A stretch of DNA of 64,000 nucleotides from Eledone cirrhosa (lineage: Eukaryota), in the NCBI GenBank assembly GCA_964016885.1, contig OZ024743.1:256866001-256930000 (forward strand), written 5' to 3'. The translations under genes were made by a program, and so were the position numbers. The notes under the pieces were generated by a model. The model was not told where the DNA came from, searched no databases, and was given only the letters and a program-made list of their open reading frames with translations. Shown here piece by piece: positions 1 through 12,038 of this stretch (position 1 is its first letter; each line of letters starts with the position of its first letter).

Positions 1-447
1 TTTAGGATACAGACGGACAAGAAACTGGAACACAATAGACCTGACCTGGTGGTTTTGGACAAGGAAAAAAGATCGTGCCTGATTGTGGATGTGGCCTGCC
101 CATTCGACACGAGAGTGCAAGAGAAGGAGAGGGACAAAATTAACCGATACCAGGACTTAAAGTGGGAGGTAAAAAGGATTTGGAACTGCCATGAAGTCAA
201 AGTGGTCCTGATTGTCAGAGGCGCACTAGGTACTATCTCAAAAGGTTTCCAGGGATGGTTAAAGAAAATTGGCCCGCCCGGCTTTTTGGAACGCTTCAAA
301 AGGCATGCTTGCTGGGAACAGCAAGAACCCTCCGATACGTCCTGAATATCTGAGGCTGCAGGTAGTGGCTTGATATTCATTTCAACAAACTTTCCAGTTA
401 ACTAACGTCAATGACTGAGACTCAAAGAACAATAATAATAATAATAA
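1..447 (+). mobile_element. 3' end of an R4/Dong-like non-LTR retrotransposon (restriction-like endonuclease domain, 3' UTR, (AAT)n tail)
   Basis: Frame 1 reads FRIQTDKKLEHNRPDLVVLDKEKRSCLIVDVACPFDTRVQEKERDKINRYQDL...IVRGALGTI, the RPD...D...K..K..Y RLE motif typical of the R4 clade. It ends in (AAT)n at 431-448. Confidence 0.8.
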
Positions 448-940
448 TGCTTTCTTTATTAACCACAAGGATTGACACAAAGTATAACACAGGACAATAA
501 AAATGGGCATTTCTGCGTGTAAAAAAAAAAACAGGGTGTGACAAAAGGAAACAATGAAAAATTCCCAATAGGGGGAGGGGAGAGACCTCCGAGGGTTGCT
601 CGTGGAGAAAGCCCACAAGAAAAGCCACGTTTATCCTGACCGCTAGGGCAAATGCCCTCTTCCAGTTTTCTTCCTACACTGCTACACGCACACGCGCAGG
701 GTAGACCCATTCACACGGGCCATTCTTGCTTCTCTCACCCACCTTTCAACAAACTGGCTAGAGGTCAGTACTTCCTCTCCACCCTGATTTTCCTTTTCAG
801 GTCAAACCTGAAAAAGTTAATGAGGACGTGTCCACCATACAATCTCTTTTACCATGGCCACCAGGCAGATAAAACCTGCTCTGTTTTAGCAGACCAGGCT
901 GTATCCTTTACACCCATTATGTTGAGTAGAGACTGTATTT
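431..940 (-). mobile_element. 5'-truncated Tx1/L1-clade LINE 3' fragment
   Basis: Reverse strand matches 41280-41600 and 41810-41910: coding ...ICLVAM.KE..W, 3' UTR CTTGTGGTTAATAAAGAAAGC, then an (ATT)n tail. Confidence 0.8.
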
Positions 941-959
941 CCTAGATGGCCTCATCTTA

Positions 960-1560
960 GATTATTTAGGTGCTCAATCCTTATGATCGCATGGCTTCTG
1001 ATACTATTTTGAAATATTTTCTTCCACATATTAGCCAGCAGTGCATTCCTCAAATTTTGATGCTTGCTTTCCAATATGTTCGATATTGTCTTTCAGTTTA
1101 TCCCTGTATGTAAGCAGTTTTCCTACATTACAGGCTTCTGCCTGAGGTTGGCCATAAATGAGAATTTTTGGTAGTCTTGCATTCTAAAAACATGACCAAC
1201 CCATCTTAAGTGATTCTACCTCAAAAAAGGCCCAATGCTTTGCATATGATTTATGAAAAAACTATTAATTTCAGACTTTGTCCTTCCATGTGAAACCAGA
1301 GATATTTCAAAGACAACTTTTGTGGATATCTAGCTGTGATATATTTTCTATATGGTGTCTGCAATTTTGACCCCTACGGCATATAAGGTATGAGTATCCT
1401 GTTGAGAACAAGTATGCTGTAGCCCTGTCTATCATAAAGAGTAGGTGCAGAGAAGGGCATCCAGTAGTAAAACATTGCCTCAAAAAGGATTCCATGGTGA
1501 ATATGAAGCCTGGCATAATGACGGCAAATTTAACCTTGGCTTTTCCTGAGAAAATAGCCT
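960..1560 (-). mobile_element. Old degenerate RTE-type LINE C-terminal remnant (a different family from the main RTE)
   Basis: Minus-strand remnants read H..CL..I.G.TWKDKV, LRWVGHVFRM and LPKILIYGQ...YRDKLKDN, with frameshifts. Confidence 0.55.
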
Positions 1561-1742
1561 TAAAACGTTTGTTTTCTTGTTGAAGTTGGTTGTGTATATA
1601 TATAAGATGACTGCAAGTATACCAACTGGATTTATCTCTGAAATATCTCGCGCTATTTTGGATATAAAATAAACAACATTTGAATATAAAAATAAATGTC
1701 TGAACGCCTTGCTGTTGCTTTATCACTTCATCAACAAATAGA

Positions 1743-1864
<122 letters not shown>

Positions 1865-1880
1865 TACTATATATATATAG

Positions 1881-2898
1881 TAGGAAGTAGAAGTGTCCAA
1901 AGGATACTAGCTCCTTCCATTGCGCAGAGGGTTCTATAGAAATAGTAGACACTTTCCGTTACCTGGGTGACGAAATCAGCAGTGGTGGAGGGTGTTCTGA
2001 AAGTACAGTAGCCAGAGTCAGAACGGGATGGAAAAGGTTCAGAGAGCTTATACCACTATTGGCCGCTAAAGGTTTCTCTCTAAAAATGAAAGGCAGATTG
2101 TATGATGCCTGTATACGAACAGCAATGCTACAAGGCAGTGATACATGGGCATTACGTGCAGTGGACCTGCGTAGACTGGAAAGGAACGAAGCATGCATGC
2201 TCCGTTGGATGTGTAATAGTAATATACGTAAACGGCAAAGCATAAATGAACTAAATGAGAAATTAGGAATAAGAGGGATAAGATGCTGTTTACTTGAGAG
2301 AAGACTACGTTGGTATGGTCACGTGATGCGCATGAAAGACGACAGCTGCATAACAAAATGCAGGGCGATCAAAATTGAAGGTAGTTACGGAGTAGGTAGA
2401 CCCAGAAAAACCTGGGATGATCTGATAAATTCCGACCTCACACACTTACATCTCTCTAAGACAATGTCTCTAGACCGAGGTCTTTGGCGCTACGCAGTAA
2501 TACAGAAGACCCGCCTTGCCTATGTACAAAGTGAAACCTACAGTCAGTAGGCACCTCTTAACCAAATATACACCCCAATCTACTACCCCTACCCTATCCT
2601 TCCACTCCCACCAACAGCACAAGAAAATGAGATCGAGTTCGTGTAGGTGTCACGACAAAAAAACACACACAGTCCACGCTGTAATGTGGCCATGTAGGTA
2701 ACACGGTAAAAAGTTCCCAGTTCCACACTGTAAATGTGGTTGGTGTTAGGAAAGGCATCCAGCCGTAGAAAACCTGCCAGATAGTCCTATATGAGCGAGA
2801 CACGGTCACCCGACCAGCCTTACCTCAAGTGGGACAACTCCCGTCTAACCCATGCTAGCGTGGAAAATGGACGTTAAACGAAGATGATGATGATGATG

Positions 2899-2900
<2 letters not shown>
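1881..2900 (+). mobile_element. 5'-truncated RTE LINE copy (ORF C-terminus, 3' UTR, (GAT)n tail)
   Basis: ORF 2059-2550 (KGRLYDACIRTAML..SDTWAL, RRLRWYGHVMRM, GRPRKTW) is highly similar to 32700-33159. Tail GGACGTTAAACG(ATG)n. Confidence 0.95.
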
Positions 2901-2932
<32 letters not shown>

Positions 2933-3400
2933 ATATATATTGAACAAAAGAACATAAAAACAAGATAAAAAGATAAAGAAAATAAAGCATGAGTGTGTGT
3001 TTACATAATGACAAGTTAAATATACAAGGGCAGAACATTTAAGTGTGAACCATTCTAAAGTTCATATTAATTTTCCTTGATGAAAGCCAATGGAAATGTT
3101 ATACTATAAAGATACATTCTTGGCTTCTTTGTGGAGTTTAGGTGAGTTGAGATTATTTATCACTGAGATTATTCTTTTTTATTTTTGCAGATTTCTTTCC
3201 TAAAATACCTATTCTGGATTGTTTTCTTAGCAAAATATACTTGTAATTATGAATAGATCAAGTTAGTAAAAAAGAATTATACAAAAAATTTAGGTGCATT
3301 ACTTTATTGCCAAAAGTTTTGTTCGGTTTGGTCAAGAAATAAAATGGATATGAATTTTTATAACATTCACATTTAAATATCAAACCCTGTATGTATATAT

Positions 3401-4265
3401 ATAATAATAATAATAATGATTTCTTTATTGGCCACAAGGGCTGACATCAAGAAAAAGATTACAGACGGCACAGGACGGTACAGGACGGTACGATGTGGGT
3501 TTTGTGCGTGTAAATATTTTTATTATTTATATAAGAAAAGAAAAAAAAAGGACATAGACACATATATATATATATAAACAATAAAAATGAAAATTGAAAC
3601 AATGAAAAATTCCCCAATAGGGGGGGAAACCTTCGAGGGTTACTCGTGGCGAAAACCACACAAAAGACCACGGCCACCCTGACCACCAGGGCAAGCGCCC
3701 TCTCTCAATTTTTCCATCTCCCAAACTACAGACGTATATTCACTCGGACCTTTCAACAAACTTGCTAGAAAGCAGCACTTGCCTCTCCACCCTGATTTTC
3801 CTCTTCAAGTGAAACTTGAAAAAGTTAATTAAAGATTCGCCGAAGAGGAAAGTGTCTGTCTTTAACCCTTTTAACCTTGTCCACCACACAATCTCTTTGG
3901 CCATGGCCACCAGGCAGATGAAAACCGCCTGCCCTTCCTCCTCCAAGGAAGACGGCGAGACCATCTGCACAATGGACTCATTCGACAACCGGATCAGTCC
4001 CACCCGTAACAGCAACTGTTCGACATAGCTCCACAAGTCAGCAATGCTCGGGCACTGAACGAGTGCGTGCACGACGGTTTCGTCGCTCTGCGCGCATCTC
4101 GGACAGGTTCGGCTGACGGCACTTCCGTGCCTGTAGAGCTTATCTCGAACCTGTAGAGCTTATCTCCCCGGTAGCACTGCCAGGCTAGGGATTTTTGGAA
4201 GTTATCCATAGGCCCTGGGCTGAAAGTTCTCCGGAAGAGAGCAAACATCTGATCTTCTTCAACAT
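3401..4265 (-). mobile_element. 5'-truncated Tx1/L1-clade LINE 3' fragment
   Basis: Matches 40960-41750 (MDNFQKSLAWQCYRG, CPRC..ET..HALVQCP, ICLVAMAKEIVWWTRLKGL). Ends GTGGCCAATAAAGAAATC plus (ATT)n. Confidence 0.9.
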
Positions 4266-4339
4266 AGAATAATATACAAATGTCAGGGAAGTGAATAGTG
4301 TATGAGTCATTACATACATGTGTGTATGTGTATGGAGGG

Positions 4340-6612
4340 GGAACATTAGGTGTAGTGTTGGCGAATCTCGGGAAGCATGGAGGTTTTAAAGGGTGCAGTG
4401 TCTCGACAGCTAACAACTGGTGCAGGTAGTTTGTTTCATGCTTCAGCAACTCTGAGCGTGAAAAAATGTTTCCGAAAATCATGGGAACTGTGTTGTTTTC
4501 TGACTTTGTGGGCATGTCCACGTGTGTTAGACACATGGAAATCAAAAAGGTACTCAGGGTTGTTGTTGGCAAGATGGTTAACAATTTTGTGGGTGTTTAC
4601 CAAGTCAGTTGCCAGGCGTCGGAGCTTCAATGTATCCATGCCCAGGGAAGCAAGGCGTTCAGAGTATGGTAGATGCCTGATGGAGGGTATTCACTTGGTT
4701 GCACGTATCTGAACAATTTCCAGGCGGTCAATGTTCTGAGCAAGACAGGGGTCCCAGACAGGTGATGCAAATTTTAAGTGTGGCCGCACCATAGCTATGT
4801 ACAGCCTTAAATAGATAGCTAGAGAGTGGCTGACAAAGGTCTTGCTGAGTGATGCTAAGACACCCTCAGCCCTCTTGACAATTTTAGAGACGTACTTCGT
4901 CCAACGCAAATCGCTGTAATGCCCAGGTCACGTTCACAAGAAGACTTCTTGATGTTAGTGCTGTGGAGGGAGTATGCGGCCGCTGGGTTTTTACTCCCAA
5001 AATGCATGGTGGTGCACTTGTCCACAACAAGCTTGAGTTGCTAGTCTGAGATTCATTGTTGCATTGTGTCCAGGTCAGACTGCAAGCAATATCTATAGTG
5101 TTCATGATCTGTCCTTTTTATCTTAAGGTACCACTTGATGTCATCTGCGTACTTTAGTACTGTGGCATTCTTTAAGTTGGCATTAATGTCATTAATATAC
5201 GCCACAAACAAAAGGGGGCCAAGAACAGATCCCTGTGGTACACCAGATGACATCTCATATGGTGAGGAATGCTGTCCCAGAACCGTGACTACCTCTCTTC
5301 GACTGTGAATGAAGGACTTCAACCAGTTAAAAAGATCATCCTTCACACCCATTGCAGAGAGTTTTGCCATAAGTCTTTTGTGTGGCACAGAATTGAAAGC
5401 TTTCGCAAAGTCAAGGTAAACAACATCCACCCATGAGCCGACATCAGTGATCCGTGTGATGTCTTCAAGAAACTCGATAAGTTGATCACAGCAGCTGGAG
5501 TTAGGGATAAATTCAAATTGCGAGGGCCGGATAAGACTGTGAGAGTTTCAGAAGTTCCAAAGTGTTTCTCTGACACAGGATTCCATCAGTTTGGCAATGC
5601 AACTAGTAAGACTGACTGGACGATAGTTCACAGGTGATGTGCGGTCACCTTTTTTGAACAGAGGAATGACACTGGCAGTTTTCCACTGTTCTGGAGTAGC
5701 ACCGTTGTTCAGACAGAATTGGAAGAAGCGTGATAGCTAGTGCAGAAGGAAGTACCCACCACGTTTAAGAAGCAGGTATGTAACACCATCAAGACCAGGA
5801 GAGGCATGGTTGCGTTTATATTTAAGGTGACGTCGCAGCATTGCAGGTGTAAATTCCATGGTTGTAATAGAATCCGGTGTCATAGGTGGTGGAGACGATA
5901 CACTCTGGTCTTCAATAGTGAAAATGCCTGCATAGCATTCCACAATGAGCTCTGCGCATTCCTTGGGGGTCGTCAGTAACCTGGCTTGTGTGGGGATTGT
6001 GAAGAGGACCAACTGGAGAGTGAGGCCTCTGCTTTGAGTTAACATACTTCCAGAACACCTTACTGTCAGGGTTGGTTGCTATGCGCTGCTCAAATTGAAG
6101 CACTGCCTTTTTTGTCACCTGTTTGAGGTGGTTGGACGATTTATTTCGCATCTTCCTATTGATGTCTGATTTGCGCAGTTTGTACTCACATTCAGCATTG
6201 CGACATTCTTTTCTGGCAAGACGGACTGCTGCAGTATCCCAAATTGCACTTTTGGGATGTTTTTTCCGCTTACGTGGCACCAATGCTGCACACGCTGTCC
6301 ATATTGAGCTCAGGATGTTCTGGAGTACAGTGTTGTTGACATCTCCAGAGTCGTAGAACTCAATCCAGTTTGGACGTTGCAGCCCGGTGCAGTAACAGTT
6401 CAAGTCTGCTTTATTCCAGTCAAAGTGAGCAGTTTGGAGATGGTTGTGGTTCTTGTTACTGCCCATGAGGGATAGATTGGCAATGATCATAGCATGATCA
6501 GTGTCACCTAAAGGTTCTTCAGCAGTAACACTAATGACCGTTTTAGGAGTAGTGGTGAAGAGTAGATCCAAAGTGTTGTCACCTCTTGTTGGGGAGGTGA
6601 CTACTTGGGACC
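4340..6612 (-). mobile_element. Degraded CR1/L2-group LINE (end of APE domain plus RT)
   Basis: Motifs TRGDNTLDLLFT, NYRPVSLTS, DVVYLDFAKAFNSVPHKRL, SGVPQGSVLGPLLF..YIND, YADDIK and VRPHLKFASPVW, with multiple stops and frameshifts. Confidence 0.9.
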
Positions 6613-6660
6613 ATATATATATACATGATGTGCGTATGTGTGTTTGTATAATACATATGT

Positions 6661-6754
<94 letters not shown>

Positions 6755-7704
6755 ATACTTGGGGAGGGTCATATTGTTGTAATAATATTGCCAGAAATAA
6801 TAACAGAACACACTCACTGTTTGGTTGGTTTTTCCTTCTGTATCTTTTATATCTCCATAGTAAATTTATTTGGCAATCAATGTTTATAATTGACTGACAA
6901 ACAGTTAAAAATACAGATATAAATATATATATATATATATAGTCTAACAAAGTTCTTTCGTTGCTCATCTGCAACATTATCAGTGGTACTATTATCATGT
7001 TCTCTCCTATTGAATTGCATTGTAATGTTTACGCCATTTTTATTTTATTTTATTTATCTATTTATTTTTGTATCCGTCTTTGCGCATGCGTTTGTGTGTG
7101 TTCGCGTTTGAGTGTATGTGTTTTGGTGTTTGTGTTCTATATTTGTTTACTAATGTATGTTTATATGTGTTTGTTGCTATTGTACTTGTGTATATATTTA
7201 TTGATTTATTTATTTATTTTTCCCTTAAGTCAGTATTGTTTGTTTGGGTATGGTTGTTGTTATTCCATCCGTTTTTTCTGTTTAACTTCCGTTTTCTAAA
7301 CTCTATTTCACTCGCTTCTCTGATTTGCCTACCTGTTGTGTCATTTCTATTTCTAGGTATTATTTTAATTTCTATGTTGTCTATATTACCGTCATGTCTT
7401 TGTCTGGCGTGTTCATATAGTACTGAACCGTTTTTTTTTTTTGTCCTTTTAATTCCCCCAGTGTTGGTCTATTCTTTCTCCTATGCTTCGAGCTGTCTCG
7501 CCTATGTATGTCGTTGTCATGTTTCTACAAGAACCCTCTGTACATCTTATGCTATGGACTACATTTCTGGTTTTACAGTTTATCTGGAGGTTCACTTTCA
7601 CTTTACATATAACACATTTCTTATTAGTACAGTGGGTTTCTTAAATGGGTGTGTTTTCCTGACCAGGGATTTTATGGTAGTTACTGGCTTTTCTACCACT
7701 TTAA

Positions 7705-7842
<138 letters not shown>

Positions 7843-7879
7843 TCTAACCCATGCTAGCGTGGTAAATGGACGTTAAACG

Positions 7880-7911
<32 letters not shown>
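7843..7911 (+). mobile_element. Minimal RTE 3' tail insertion inside (TA)n
   Basis: TCTAACCCATGCTAGCGTGGTAAATGGACGTTAAACG plus (GAT)n, flanked by TA repeats on both sides. Confidence 0.85.
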
Positions 7912-7927
7912 ATATATATATATATAT

Positions 7928-8658
7928 CAGTGTGTTGGTATTAAACGTTAGTTATAGCTCTGGTTTATCACAACTATTGAGCACTTTGCCACACATTTCG
8001 AAGATTGCGTTTCGTTATTTCGTGGGCCGAAGTTCCGATTCTTGATAATTTATTTGTATTTATCTCCAGTCTTTAGCTATTGATCAATTAATTTTATTGA
8101 TTTTTTAGTTGATCCTATTGATTTTAACCTGTCATGTTAATTTTAACCTGTCTGTTGAGAACTCTAATTCGATATGTGATATTTTGTATTTTTACAATAA
8201 TATACACTACTGAATTCATTCGCCTAATATAGGGGTTCCCTCCCTTGCTAGTCCCTACGTGGATTTAGTAACGGGTTCCCTTATATTTTTGAACTAATCG
8301 CCTATTGAAAAAGTGGTTTCCTCGTTCATCATTCTACCAGAAGCCGGATATTTTTTATGTAAGCTGACGGTAACTGATTTAGGAGCCGCAGAAACCCAAA
8401 TGCTGGAATTTACCATCTTTTCCAGGGGTCCGGGTAAATTTTTCATTCATATATATTTTTATTTGACTGACCCGAATTTTCTTGGTCATGTTTTCGGCTG
8501 TGCGAATGATTGTTTAAGCATCGTCTCAGTGTGTTGGTATTAAACGTTGGTTATATCTCTGGTTTATCCAAACAATTGAGCACTTTGCCACACATTTCGA
8601 AGATTGTGTTTCGTTATTTCGTGGGCCGAAGTTCCGATTCTCGATAATTTATTTGTAT
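7928..8658. repeat. ~130-bp direct repeats (7928-8059, 8527-8658) bracketing a ~600-bp unit
   Basis: TCAGTGTGTTGGTATTAAACG...GGGCCGAAGTTCCGATTC...GATAATTTATTTGTAT occurs twice. Confidence 0.85.
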
Positions 8659-8689
8659 ATATATATATATATTAAAATAACAGATTAAA

Positions 8690-9190
8690 GTTTAAGCAAA
8701 GAATCGCTGCAAGAATCGTAGGAACACATGCAACCCTGTAGTTAGTACTAACTGTAATTGTAGGAATCGAATTGACCACCCCCTATCCGGGAAATGCCTC
8801 TATAGTAACATTGTCTACAAATGTAAGGTTGAAACACCCACGTCCCGTAGGGCCTACATAGGCTTAATCGCCAACAGATTCAAACAGCGCCTTTACATGC
8901 ATACCCATTCTTTTCGTAACCCTTTAAGAAAGAATATGACGTCACTTTCAACTTATATCTGGAGCCTAAAAGACCACACCCAATATAAGTTACACTGGGA
9001 GATCCTAGCTAGGGCTAGATCGTATAACGGAAATAAAAGACCATGTGACCTCTGCACAGCTGAAACCCTGGAAATACTATACGCCACAGACCACATCTTA
9101 AACAAAAAATCTGAGGCAATTTCGGCTTGTAAACATAAATTGCACAAAACTTTCCTGTATTACAGCCCCTCATTATACCCTAACGGATAG
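8690..9190 (+). mobile_element. Penelope-like element GIY-YIG endonuclease fragment
   Basis: Reads NCNCRNR..HPLSGKCLYSNIVYKCKV...AYIGL..NRFKQRLYMHTHSF...TSLSTYIWSLK..WEIL...CDLCTAE. Confidence 0.85.
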
Positions 9191-9879
9191 TACGAACTAT
9201 ACGCGGATAATTTACGTCTTGATGTGGTAGCTAAGTATATTTTATGTTTATACCATTACTTATTTGTATAGGTAAGTATATATTACCTGTATGTTTTGTG
9301 AAGGTACGTATACTTTCTCGTACGTATATTTGATTGTATATGTTATGACGTATATATTATATATTCTGGTACATATGCATTTGGTTATGTGTATACGCGA
9401 GTTTTGCGTCTGTGTGAGTATGCGGATTCGTACATATGTAGGGTATGTGTATATGTGTACTTTGTGTTTTGTTTTGACGTACGTCTCCGAACGTATGTGT
9501 ATTTACATGTAGGTATGTGTGTGAGCGCGTTATAAACGTATTTATTTATTTATATACGTTTATTTAAAATCATATGTATACACGCACACACACACACACA
9601 TATAATATATTTTTTTAATATATATTTTATGTGTATTTGGTGTATACATTCGTACGTGTGCGGGTACAGGAGTTGCGGGTGCTCTGTATGTGCGTGCAGG
9701 GTTTGTTTTTGTGTACGTGCTGGTATTTGTATACCTATGGCGAGTGTTTTCGCGTATGCTTGTGTATGTACGTATATGGATGCGTGTATGTATTTATTTA
9801 ATTTCAATTACCTCTGTAATTTATTTACTTTATTCTTAACTCTGAAGCCGAGAATCATTCGGTTTCCTAGTTAGAATTT

Positions 9880-10150
9880 TAGTCTACGACTTCAGTTATA
9901 CAATTTACGTGGTTTTGCCTTTGCGTGCAATTGTTCTCCCGCTCCACACATGACGTATTCTCTTCGTTTTTTTCCGTTCATTGCCAGAGAACGTCTCCAT
10001 GAACCACTTAATAGAATATTAGTCTACGATTTCTTTTATCTCATAAACGTGGTTTTGTCTTTGCGTGTAATTGTTTTTCACCACTCCAAATAATGACGTA
10101 TTATCTTCGTTTTTTCCCGTTCTTTGCCAGGGAACGTTTCCACGAACCAA
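9880..10150. repeat. Diverged tandem duplication of a ~140-bp unit
   Basis: TAGTCTACGA...ACGTGGTTTTG...TGACGTATT...GAACCA at 9880 and again at 10020. Confidence 0.8.
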
Positions 10151-10929
10151 AGTATCGTCTTCTTGTCTTCGTCCGGCTGCAACGTTTTTTGAAATATTTA
10201 CTTCTGCGTTCAAAATTTAAAAGACAAATTAAGTAAAGATAAATATCATTTAAAAATACATTATCAGATACAGAAAATCTAGTATATTTTATGAAAACAT
10301 TTCTCATATAGCTGTTTATTTTTCAAGTATTCCTGGCACAAAAAAGAAAATTATATCAACTTACACTTTAAAATATTTCCTCTTCATTGAGGTGTTTATC
10401 ATTGAATTCTAATACTTCATTGTTGTTGATCAGTGTTGCTATGGTAACAGTGGCAATCTCTTCACCTTCTGGCTTCATATTCATCACCATAAGACGGAGA
10501 CTTGTTTTAAGTAGAATGAGAAATAACCATATCAAACATACCTATTTCTCTTTATATCTCTCTGTATGAATATATATATATAAATGTGTGTATATGTGTG
10601 CGTGTGTGTGCATGTGTGTGTATGTAGCAAAAAATGTCTGTGGGAATGAAAATGGAAAGAGCACTGTATCATATGAAAGGGAGCTAATCTATTATGATTC
10701 ATATACATAACATATATTGCCCTACCTTACGTTTCAAGGCATAGGTGTGGTAGTAACTGCTGACTGTACATAATGATGCATGAAACAGTGGTGCAAAAGT
10801 TAGGCCTTATTCATCAGGTGCAAAGTGAATGTTTAAATGAGATCTTGTTTTGAAGTTGTGTAACAAAAGTAGCCATAATATCCTCAAAATATGTTGATCC
10901 ATTCTCTAAGGGAGGCAAGTCTTTAATAA

Positions 10930-11370
10930 TGTAAATTTCTAATTTTTGACACTAGGTCAGCAATTTGGAAGGAGAGGAAAGGCTATCATACTGACCCCAG
11001 TTCTTGACTGGTACATTATTAACCTTGAAAGGATGAAAGACCATGTTAACTTTGGCAGGATTTGAACTCAGAATTTAAAACAGATATAACTAAATGACAC
11101 AAAATATTTTATCCAATGGGCTAACAATTCTACCAATCCATTGCCCTAGTAAGAACAACAACGGTTTCTAATTAACGCACCAGGCCATCAATTCTCAGCA
11201 TAAGTGACAGTCGATTATTTCATCTCCAGTACTTCATTAGTACTTTATTTTACTGACCTCAGATGGATGAAAGGCAAAGGTAACCACAGCAGGATTTCAA
11301 CTCATAATATAGAACAGCTATAATTAGATACTGCATAGAATTTTGTCTGATGCCCTAACAATTCTGTATC
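10930..11370 (-). mobile_element. Two adjacent degenerate tRNA-derived SINE copies
   Basis: Each has the ...GGATGAAAG(G/A)C...GGATTT(G/C)AACTCA core (B-box GAGTTCAAATCC on the minus strand), shared with 23535-23722, 24860-25040 and 42935-43090. Confidence 0.7.
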
Positions 11371-12038
11371 AGATTGTCATTTTAAACAGAACTATATACC
11401 CCAAAATTAAGTAACATGAATTTACACTGTTGCTGTCTCAGTAATAAGTTATAGTTACAGGATGCATAGTCAATTACTAAATCCGGGAAGCTAAATATGG
11501 CTGTATTTAAAATATCCTGCCCCAAATCTAATTTAGAAATATATAATGAATACAGGGAGGTTGGGGCTTTATGAAACTAGAAAACGATTTTGAATCATCT
11601 ATAGTAAAATTACAAATGTATCTAATGAAGAAGAATGGAAAACTAATAAAAATAGCTACAGGAAATCATGAAAACAACAAGTAAACAGTTTTTTTTATCT
11701 CCAAAGAAAGGAACGAAAATGAAACGAATTGAAATAAATGACAGCTGGTTTTGAAGAGAAAGGAGAAACAATAAAAGAAATTATGAAATTAGAATAGTAA
11801 AGATTAGAAAATTCATGGCTTTGTGTTTAGTGTGCTAGACTCATGATCATAAGGTTGTGTGTTCCATTCTTGAACCGAGCAGTACATTGTGTTCTTGAGG
11901 ATGACACTTCATATCATATTGCTTTTCATGATAGAATTGGGATCTCCTATAATCAAAATCCCAAAGAAAACTGCTATGATATGTGAACTTGCAGCAGGCC
12001 AGCTCATGCTACATAGATGAGAGCTTTAAATTTCATGT

